Shown: piece after piece, positions 57,059 through 64,000 of the stretch
Layout: each line of letters begins with the position of its first letter
Numbering within the stretch: the stretch's first letter is position 1
From: Bacilli bacterium
GTDB lineage: Bacteria > Bacillota_I > Bacilli_A > RF39 > UBA660
DNA: 64,000 nt
Direction: 5' to 3'
Assembly (NCBI GenBank): GCA_017406955.1
Contig: JAFQXM010000007.1
Coordinates: 144,729 to 208,728 of the forward strand
Program-made: the position numbers and the translations under genes
Notes under the pieces: model-generated
Database searches by the model: none
What the model saw: the letters and a program-made list of their open reading frames with translations, nothing else
What the model was told of the DNA's origin: nothing

Positions 57059-57614
57059 TAACTAGATCAATTATCTTTAAATAATCAATTCTAGGATTAT
57101 AATTTTCTTTTAATAAGTAAGCTTTCTTTTTAAAAAAGTCTAATGGAATTGATTTTCTAGAATTATTATTTATGAAATCAATAAAATCTTTTCCTAATAA
57201 TAAATAAGTTTCATTTATAATTGTAAATCTTATAATCAAAAAAACTATTCCATTATGATTATAAATATTTTTTATATGTTCTATTTGGTGTGAATGAATA
57301 TTAGCTAAAGGAAAAGAAGTTTTATTCTTGGTCTCTTTAGCTTCAAAATCTATATATTTTCCCTTATATATACCATTATAGTCTGTAGTAGATGGTACTG
57401 TAAAAAACGCTTCTTTGATAACAGCTTTATCCCTAGATGGATAATCTACCTTAGTAATTTTAATAGGTGTAGGCTTTTTATAAATATATGCTTTATTAAT
57501 ACTCCTATAATATTCATTAGTCTGATTAAGCTCAGATTCTAAAGTCATACCTCTATTTTTATAACTAATATTTGAAATAGATTTAATCTTTTTTATACCA
57601 CTAGGATATTTCAT
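57045..57614 (-). CDS. recU: Holliday junction resolvase RecU
   Basis: RecU collinearity (NRGMTLESELN..., DFEAKET). Overlaps the ponA start by 14 nt, the classic recU-ponA operon arrangement. Confidence 0.88.
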   Translation of the reverse strand: MKYPSGIKKIKSISNISYKNRGMTLESELNQTNEYYRSINKAYIYKKPTPIKITKVDYPSRDKAVIKEAFFTVPSTTDYNGIYKGKYIDFEAKETKNKTSFPLANIHSHQIEHIKNIYNHNGIVFLIIRFTIINETYLLLGKDFIDFINNNSRKSIPLDFFKKKAYLLKENYNPRIDYLKIIDLVIGGK

Positions 57615-57876
57615 TACATCACCTATTCTTAATTATACTATAACTTTATATTTTTTTCTATATTTATAGTTAATTTAATTTAAAAAAATATTCTAGTTTT
57701 GTCGGATTTATGATTTTATATTAAAAATAAGTTATATTCTTAATTATAAAAGAAAGGAGATAATAAAAAAACATGAATAATTTTGAAATAATAAGACTAT
57801 TAAATAATATGATTGATGATGTTCGATATATAAAAATAAAGAGTAAAAGTGATTATATAAATAAGAGGTTAGGTGA

Positions 57877-57905
57877 TTGACAAAAGGTAGTAATGATGCC
57901 ATAAT
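57877..57905 (+). promoter_or_regulatory. Candidate sigma-A promoter for gpsB
   Basis: TTGACA, 17-nt spacer, CATAAT, 25 nt before the gpsB ATG. Confidence 0.4.
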
Positions 57906-57930
57906 ATTACTGTAAGGGATTGGTGATAAA

Positions 57931-58269
57931 ATGTATCAAAATAAGATTGCACTTATGCCACAAGATATTTTAGAGAAAGAATTTAAAATAGATACCAGAG
58001 GGTATAGATTAAAAGAAGTTGATCAGTTTTTAGATATTATTATTAATGATTATGAACAATTTTTAAATATTATTAATAATCTAGAAAAAGAAAAAGCTGA
58101 TTTACTTGGAGAAATTATGAGTTTAAAACAAGAACTTAGAAACTCTAAAATGAACATAGAAGTTGCGAAAGAGAATAATGATGTTCCAGAGGTTACTAAT
58201 GTTGATATTTTAAGACGTCTTTCTCAACTTGAAAAGATGGTTTATGGAGCGATAAATAAAGACAATTAA
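57931..58269 (+). CDS. gpsB: Cell-cycle protein GpsB (DivIVA-domain)
   Basis: LMPQDILEKEFKIDTRGYRLKEVDQFLDIIINDYE matches the GpsB N-terminal domain. Confidence 0.85.
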   Translation: MYQNKIALMPQDILEKEFKIDTRGYRLKEVDQFLDIIINDYEQFLNIINNLEKEKADLLGEIMSLKQELRNSKMNIEVAKENNDVPEVTNVDILRRLSQLEKMVYGAINKDN

Positions 58270-58615
58270 TATATAGACAAACGCTGGCATTTTTTAATGT
58301 TAGAGGAAAGTCCATGCTCGCACGGTTCTGAGATGAACGTAGTGTTTGTGCTTAGGGAAAAAATAACCTAAGGTAGAGAAATCTAACGGCTGATGATAAT
58401 CTAAGTCTTCGGATATGATTTAGTCTGTAAAAGTGCCACAGTGACGATATTTTAGGAAACTAAAAAGTGAAACGTGGTAAACCCCGCAAGCGAGAAACCC
58501 AAATTTGGTAGGGGAATTCTAACGAAAGAAATGAATGGAGTTGGAAACTGAGAAGTCAGTAGATAAATGTTTGTCGCCTAGTAATAGGTACAGAACATGG
58601 CTTATTTATATTTAT
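58270..58615 (+). ncRNA. rnpB: RNase P RNA, Bacillus-type (type B)
   Basis: AGAGGAAAGTCCATGCTCGCACGG, AAGTGCCACAGTGACGA, GTAAACCCC..GCGAGAAACCCAAATTTGGTAGGGGAA and ACATGGCTTA blocks match Bacillus rnpB almost base for base. Ends are approximate (+/- 15 nt). Confidence 0.88.
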
Positions 58616-58638
58616 TGTTATTGTAGTGAGGTGATATA

Positions 58639-59133
58639 TTGAAAGAATTAGGACAGTATTTAAAAAAATCACGAATTAGTAATGGTGTTAGTCTCGAAGA
58701 AGCAGCGGATGATTTAGAACTTTCAGCATCTCAACTTGAAAATATAGAAAGTGGTAACACTAAAGCTTTTAAAGATGTTTATGACATGAAAGAATGTATT
58801 AAAGGATATGCTAAATACTTAGGACTTGACTATGATGTAGTAATGGATGAATTTAATAATTTTTTATTTGAACACACTTCAAAAATATCACTAGATGATA
58901 TAAAGGAGGCACAAAAAAAACAAGAAGAAAAAGAAGAAAAGAAAATTAAATCTCCATATACAAAAGAGTATAAAGATAAATTTAATTTTTGGCCAATCAT
59001 TTATATAGTACTAGGTATTTTAGTAATAGTTACTGTAGCGTACTTAACATTTATTAGTACAAGAAAAACTACTACTAGAGAATCAGAACTTAAGTCAATA
59101 GGAAAGGAGAATATATATGAATTTACCTACTAA
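58639..59133 (+). CDS. rodZ: RodZ-like HTH (XRE) membrane protein, short form lacking the extracellular domain
   Basis: HTH SLEEAADDLELSASQLENIESGN, single TM near the C-terminus, position upstream of pgsA as B. subtilis ymfM. TTG start. Confidence 0.6.
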   Translation: MKELGQYLKKSRISNGVSLEEAADDLELSASQLENIESGNTKAFKDVYDMKECIKGYAKYLGLDYDVVMDEFNNFLFEHTSKISLDDIKEAQKKQEEKEEKKIKSPYTKEYKDKFNFWPIIYIVLGILVIVTVAYLTFISTRKTTTRESELKSIGKENIYEFTY

Positions 59134-59722
59134 ACTTACAGTATTTAGATTATTTTTAACAGTTGTTATTATTACACTTCTTTGCTTTCCATTTTATGAT
59201 GTAGGTATAAACTTTCCTACTTTTACAGTTAGTGGAGTAATGATAGAACTTGAATATGTAATTGCAGGAGGAATATTTATATTAGCTAGTTTTACTGATT
59301 TTCTAGATGGGTATTTAGCGAGAAAAAATAATCAAGTAACAGATTTAGGTAAAATGCTAGATGCGATTGCTGATAAAGTGTTAGTTGATTCAATATTAAT
59401 AATATTAGCTGTACATGGTTTTATTAATGTAATTATTCCAGTAATTATAGTCTTAAGAGATATAGTAGTAGATGCTATTAAGATGGATTCAGCTAGTAAA
59501 GGTAGAGTAGTAGCAGCTATAGGATCAGGTAAGCTAAAAACAGCATGTTTAATGATAGGAATTGTATTAACATTTTTCTATAACTTACCATTTGAGCTTA
59601 TAAAAATAAATGTTGCAGAAATACTTCTTTATATCGCAGCTGTTTTATCAATAGTTTCTGCAGTACAATATTTTAATGCAAATAAAAAACTAAAAACAGA
59701 AATTAATAATTACGGGCAATAG
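59117..59722 (+). CDS. pgsA: CDP-diacylglycerol--glycerol-3-phosphate 3-phosphatidyltransferase
   Basis: CDP-alcohol phosphatidyltransferase motif DFLDGYLARKNNQVTDLGKMLDAIADK. Confidence 0.85.
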   Translation: MNLPTKLTVFRLFLTVVIITLLCFPFYDVGINFPTFTVSGVMIELEYVIAGGIFILASFTDFLDGYLARKNNQVTDLGKMLDAIADKVLVDSILIILAVHGFINVIIPVIIVLRDIVVDAIKMDSASKGRVVAAIGSGKLKTACLMIGIVLTFFYNLPFELIKINVAEILLYIAAVLSIVSAVQYFNANKKLKTEINNYGQ

Positions 59723-59797
59723 TTAATCAAAAAGTTCTTTTTTACTAAGAGCTTTTTTATTTTTGGTAAAAAAAGAAAGTGTAAAATAATAAAACAA

Positions 59798-59842
59798 ATG
59801 TTTGAAAAATGCTTGACAATTGTTTTTTTAATAGGTAAAATA
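59798..59842 (+). promoter_or_regulatory. recA promoter (TTGACA, 17 nt, TAAAAT) preceded by a degenerate LexA/Cheo-like box AAACAAATGTTT
   Basis: -35 at 59814-59819. Palindromic AAC-N4-GTT core at 59798-59809. Confidence 0.35.
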
Positions 59843-59881
59843 TAATTGTAAGTTATTTAATAGGAGGAATTATAAAAAGAT

Positions 59882-60895
59882 ATGAAAGCAAAAAAAGATA
59901 AAGATTTAGAATCAGTATTAAAAGATATTGAAAAACAATTTGGTAAAGGTTCAATTATGAAACTTGGAGATAGTAAGCATATGAAAGTAGATGTAGTATC
60001 AAGTGGTTGCCTATCACTAGATATTGCCTTAGGAGTAGGTGGATATCCAAGGGGTAGAATTGTTGAAATATATGGACCAGAATCAAGTGGTAAAACTACT
60101 TTTGCTCTTCAAGCAATAGCTGAAGTACAAAAAACTGGAGGAACGGCTGCATTTATCGATGCAGAACATGCACTTGATCCAGTATATGCTGAAAGACTAG
60201 GAGTAAATATAGATGAGTTACTATTATCACAACCTGATACAGGAGAACAAGCGTTAGAAATATGTGAAGCTTTGGTTAGAAATGAAGCAGTAAATATTGT
60301 AGTAATTGATTCTGTTGCGGCACTAGTGCCACAAGCAGAAATAGATGGTGAGATGGGAGATTCTCATGTAGGATTACAAGCTAGGCTTATGTCTCAAGCA
60401 CTAAGAAAACTATCTGGTACAATTAATAAAACTAATACAATTGCGATATTTATAAATCAATTACGTGAAAAAGTAGGAGTTATGTTTGGTAATCCTGAAA
60501 CTACTACTGGAGGAAGAGCTTTAAAATTTTATTCAACTATTAGACTTGATATAAGACGTAAAGAAAGTTTAAAAATGGGAGATGGAATTGTAGGTAATAA
60601 AACATCTATTAAAGTAGTTAAAAATAAGGTTGCACCCCCATTTAAAACAGCTGAAGTTGATATTATGTATGGAGAAGGAGTATCTCGTGAAGGAGAAATT
60701 ATTGATTTGGCAGCTGAGGCTAATATTATAGAAAAAACTGGTGCTTGGTATGCATATCAAGGAGAAAAGCTAGGACAGGGAAAAGAAAATGTTAAGCTTT
60801 TACTAAAAGATACACCAGAATTAAAAGATGAATTAGAACAAAAAGTAAGAGAATATTATGATATAAATATTGAAGATAATAAGAAAGAGAAATAA
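59882..60895 (+). CDS. recA: Recombinase A
   Basis: GPESSGKTT Walker [11 protein letters not shown]2 loop; 337 aa. Confidence 0.97.
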   Translation: MKAKKDKDLESVLKDIEKQFGKGSIMKLGDSKHMKVDVVSSGCLSLDIALGVGGYPRGRIVEIYGPESSGKTTFALQAIAEVQKTGGTAAFIDAEHALDPVYAERLGVNIDELLLSQPDTGEQALEICEALVRNEAVNIVVIDSVAALVPQAEIDGEMGDSHVGLQARLMSQALRKLSGTINKTNTIAIFINQLREKVGVMFGNPETTTGGRALKFYSTIRLDIRRKESLKMGDGIVGNKTSIKVVKNKVAPPFKTAEVDIMYGEGVSREGEIIDLAAEANIIEKTGAWYAYQGEKLGQGKENVKLLLKDTPELKDELEQKVREYYDINIEDNKKEK

Positions 60896-60907
60896 TCTCT
60901 TTTTTTG
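60886..60907 (+). terminator. Rho-independent terminator after recA
   Basis: agaga/aataa/tctct followed by ttttttt. Confidence 0.5.
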
Positions 60908-61003
60908 AATTTAATAATTTAATTTGTTACCTTGACAATAACTAAAAATAAAATTACAATAGAGTTAGATTTAGTTAAAACCTAAGTCTAGATGGAGGAG
61001 TAT

Positions 61004-62557
61004 ATGAATAGTTTAGTATTCTCCATTTTACTTGTAGTTATTGGATTACTAATAGGGCTTTTTGTAGCGTTTGTTATAAATAGTTTAAAAGGAAGCATGG
61101 CTTCCAAAAAAGCAGAATCTATAATTAATAGTGCTAAAAAAGAAGTGGATAAAATAAAAAGAGATGCCGCTATAGAACAAAAAGAAGAAGCACATAAATT
61201 AAAGATGGATTTAGACAAAGAAATACGTGAAAAGAAAAACGAAATGAAAGAATCTGAAGCTAGACTTTTACAAAGAGAAGCTAGTATAGATAAAAGAGAT
61301 GAGTTGTTTCAAAAAAGAGAAACAGCACTAGATGAGCGTGAAGAAAAATTAGAAGCTCGTCAATTAGAAATTCAGAACGAAAAAAGTAAAGTGGAAGACA
61401 TAAGAAAAGAACAACTAGACTTACTACAAAAAATTTCGGGGTTTAGTAAAGAAAAGGCTCGTAAAGAAGTTATGAGTCATGTAAAAGAAAACATGAGTAA
61501 AGAAATTGCTGAATACATTAAAGAACGTGAAGATGAAGCTAAATTAACTGCTGATAAAACAGCTAGAGAATTAATAGTTACATCTATGCAAAAGTATGCA
61601 GCAGACATAGCTAGTGATCAAACAGTTACAGTAGTAGATCTACCTAATGATGAAATGAAGGGTAGAATAATTGGTCGTGAAGGACGTAATATTAGAACTA
61701 TAGAAGCTATAACAGGAGTTGATTTAATAATTGATGATACTCCAGAAGCAGTAGTTTTATCTAGTTTTGATCCATTACGTCGTGAGATTGCTAGAGTCAC
61801 TTTAGAAACTTTAATTAAAGATGGAAGAATCCATCCAACAAGAATTGAAGAGTTATATGATAAAGTTTGTAAAGATATGAAACAAAAGATTATTGATTAT
61901 GGACATGATACAACAGTAGAATTAGGCCTTACAAAGTTTGATCCAGGTCTAATTGAAACAATTGGTAAATTACACTTTAGAACAAGTTATGGACAAAATG
62001 CCTTACAACATTCTAGGGAAGTTGCAGAACTTTCAGGTATTTTAGCAGGAGAACTTGGAGAAAATGTAACACTTGCCAAAAGAGCAGGTCTACTACATGA
62101 TATTGGTAAAGCAATTGACCATGAAGTAGAAGGAAGTCATGTTGATATTGGTGTTGATATAGCTAAGAAATATAAAGAAGATAAAACGGTTATTAATGCT
62201 ATCGCATCACATCATGGTGATACTGCTGCTACTAGTGTAATTTCTACAATAGTTGCTATTGCTGATGCTTTATCTGCATCACGTCCAGGAGCTAGAAATG
62301 ACTCATTAGAAAACTATATCAAAAGGCTTACTCAACTTGAAGAAGTTGGTAATAATATGGATGGTGTTGAAAAAACATTCGCTGTTCAAGCAGGTAGAGA
62401 ATTACGTGTAATTGTTAAACCTGAAGAGGTAGATGATTTAGAAGCACATAAGATAGCTCGTGAAGTTAAAGAAAAGATAGAAGAGACTATGAAATATCCT
62501 GGTACAATAAAAATTACAGTTGTTCGTGAAACAAGAGCACAAGAAGAAGCTAAATAA
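61004..62557 (+). CDS. rny: Ribonuclease Y
   Basis: N-terminal TM, coiled coil, KH ([12 protein letters not shown]) and HD domain (HSREVA..LLHDIGK). Start set at MNSLVFS after the GGAGGA SD. Confidence 0.9.
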   Translation: MNSLVFSILLVVIGLLIGLFVAFVINSLKGSMASKKAESIINSAKKEVDKIKRDAAIEQKEEAHKLKMDLDKEIREKKNEMKESEARLLQREASIDKRDELFQKRETALDEREEKLEARQLEIQNEKSKVEDIRKEQLDLLQKISGFSKEKARKEVMSHVKENMSKEIAEYIKEREDEAKLTADKTARELIVTSMQKYAADIASDQTVTVVDLPNDEMKGRIIGREGRNIRTIEAITGVDLIIDDTPEAVVLSSFDPLRREIARVTLETLIKDGRIHPTRIEELYDKVCKDMKQKIIDYGHDTTVELGLTKFDPGLIETIGKLHFRTSYGQNALQHSREVAELSGILAGELGENVTLAKRAGLLHDIGKAIDHEVEGSHVDIGVDIAKKYKEDKTVINAIASHHGDTAATSVISTIVAIADALSASRPGARNDSLENYIKRLTQLEEVGNNMDGVEKTFAVQAGRELRVIVKPEEVDDLEAHKIAREVKEKIEETMKYPGTIKITVVRETRAQEEAK

Positions 62558-62571
62558 CTTCTTCTTTTTTT
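62543..62571 (+). terminator. Rho-independent terminator after rny
   Basis: gaagaag/...../cttcttc followed by ttttttt. Confidence 0.5.
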
Positions 62572-62956
62572 GTAGATTATTTTTATTTGTTGATAATAAT
62601 ATAAAAGAGGAGATGATTTTATCAATAACCAGCTTTTTTTATTTTGGAAGATTGGTAAATACGTATTTAAATATCACAAATATGAAGAAAATATAATTAC
62701 TAATATATCTAATTATTATTCTTATAAGTATGGACTTTCTTCTACTTATTCATTTGATAATATAAATAATATGAAATTATTTTATATTTGTTTTCCAGTA
62801 TATTATAACTATATAAACAAATTATCTTGGGATTATTATTTAGAATTAATTAAAATAAAAAATAGAAATATTAGAAACTTCTATTTTAAAGTTTGCATAT
62901 TTTGTGATTTATCAATTGATGAATTAGTTTATATTAAGAATATTAATTACTATAAA

Positions 62957-64000
62957 TTATTTATCTCTCTTAATATCTAATATTACAGGTAGAATAATTG
63001 GTTTTCTACCAGTTAATTCATCTATAAATGGATATAATTCCTCAGTGATATTATTTTTAAGTATCGCAAAAGTTGTCTTTGGATTAGATAGACTTTTTCT
63101 AATTACTGCTTCTGCCTTTTCTTCAATTTTTCTAATTAGTTCTTCATTTTCATTCACTAAGATAAATCCTCTAGTAGTAATATTAGGTTTAATTAATAGT
63201 TCTCTTTTTTTCATATCAACATTAATTATTACTACTAATATTCCATCATTAGACATTATCTTTCTATCCTTAATAACAACACTACCTATTTCTCCGATAC
63301 GATTACCATCTACATAAACATCTTGTCCAGAATAACTTTCACCTTTAGTAATTACATGATTCTTTATATTTAGAGAATCACCATTTTTTAAGATAAAAGT
63401 ATTTTCTTTAGGTATACCACAGTTTATTCCAATGTCAGCTTGCTTTTTAAGCATTCTATAATCACCATGAAATGGCATTAAATATTTAGGTTTAATTAAT
63501 CTAATCATTAACTTTATTTCTTCTTCATTCGCATGTCCAGAAGTATGTAGGTCTACTAATGATTTATTAGTATATACTTTTACACCTTTTAAATATAATT
63601 TATTAATAGTTTTCGCAATACTTAAAGCATTACCTGGAATAGCACTTGATGAAAATATCACTACATCATCTGGTCTTAATTTTATTTGTTTATGAGTACC
63701 ATTTGATATTCTAGATAAAGCCGCAAGTGGTTCTCCTTGTGATCCGGTACATAAAATAGTTACTTCTCCAGGTTTTAAATTATTAGCTTCTTCTGGAGTT
63801 ACTAATAATTCTTTATGATCAATATACCCTCCATTAATAGAAATATTGATATTGTTTTCCATTGATCTACCAAATATACATATTTTTCTATTATGTTTAT
63901 AACATGTCTCAAAAATATGTTTAACACGATATATATTAGAAGCGAATGTTGCGATAATTATTCTATTGTTTTTACAATTATCAAACATTTCTCCTAAAGT
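62957..64000 (-). CDS. rnj: Ribonuclease J (metallo-beta-lactamase/beta-CASP), C-terminal part; the gene continues past the window end
   Basis: beta-CASP motifs (HTSGHA, FHGDYRM) and RNase J C-terminal domain. The minus-strand ORF is open to nt 64000. Confidence 0.8.
   Translation of the reverse strand, partial: TLGEMFDNCKNNRIIIATFASNIYRVKHIFETCYKHNRKICIFGRSMENNINISINGGYIDHKELLVTPEEANNLKPGEVTILCTGSQGEPLAALSRISNGTHKQIKLRPDDVVIFSSSAIPGNALSIAKTINKLYLKGVKVYTNKSLVDLHTSGHANEEEIKLMIRLIKPKYLMPFHGDYRMLKKQADIGINCGIPKENTFILKNGDSLNIKNHVITKGESYSGQDVYVDGNRIGEIGSVVIKDRKIMSNDGILVVIINVDMKKRELLIKPNITTRGFILVNENEELIRKIEEKAEAVIRKSLSNPKTTFAILKNNITEELYPFIDELTGRKPIILPVILDIKRDK

Noticed and set aside
62581-62664. 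27-aa ORF MILSITSFFYFGRLVNTYLNITNMKKI with an AGAGGAG just upstream.
   Set aside because: The SD abuts the ATG with 0-2 nt spacing, the product is low complexity, and there is no supporting context.
62771-62980. A 69-aa ORF in the rny/rnj convergent intergenic region.
   Set aside because: No SD, a Tyr/Asn/Ile/Phe-rich product and no motif. The region is more likely non-coding. It is 400 nt long and could hold an sRNA, but nothing specific is visible.
1-64000. Search for CRISPR arrays, rRNA/tRNA genes and transposase or integrase genes.
   Set aside because: No evenly spaced direct repeats with unique spacers and no cas-like genes. No tRNA cloverleaf-like or rRNA-like stretch was recognised. 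No transposase or integrase motif was found. ORF6N alone does not define a prophage.

Overview
This is a 64 kb chromosomal segment from a very AT-rich (about 25% GC), endospore-forming Firmicute. Spore genes present include spoIVA, an alpha/beta-type SASP, a SpoVIF-like gene and a Cse60-like gene. Gene order is Bacillus-like: dnaD-nth, recU-ponA, gpsB-rnpB and rodZ-pgsA-recA-rny-rnj. Coding is dense, with about 60 CDS. There is one RNA gene (RNase P RNA, type B) and two T-box leaders: leuS with a CUU specifier and tyrS with UAC. Housekeeping genes are fhs, leuS, tyrS, rpsD, ezrA, thiI, two ackA paralogs, nrnA-like, engB, der, hup, cca, dnaD, nth, ponA, recU, gpsB, pgsA, recA, rny and a partial rnj. 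They are interleaved with cell-envelope and surface loci. These are a thioester-domain (TQXA) adhesin with an overlapping small sortase, a class II Fic protein plus a degenerate Fic-like gene, a VanY-like carboxypeptidase, a GH31 hydrolase, three tandem FemABX paralogs convergent with a MOP-family flippase, and a class B sortase. The most striking locus is a two-gene cohesin-dockerin module. Its first gene is a leucine-rich-repeat protein ending in a dockerin. Its second, translationally coupled gene is a membrane-anchored protein with one cohesin and four cadherin-like domains. The operon is bracketed by terminators and driven by a sigma-A-like promoter whose -35/-10 spacer contains a G9 homopolymer, a candidate phase-variation switch. 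No CRISPR array, rRNA/tRNA, transposase or integrase was seen.
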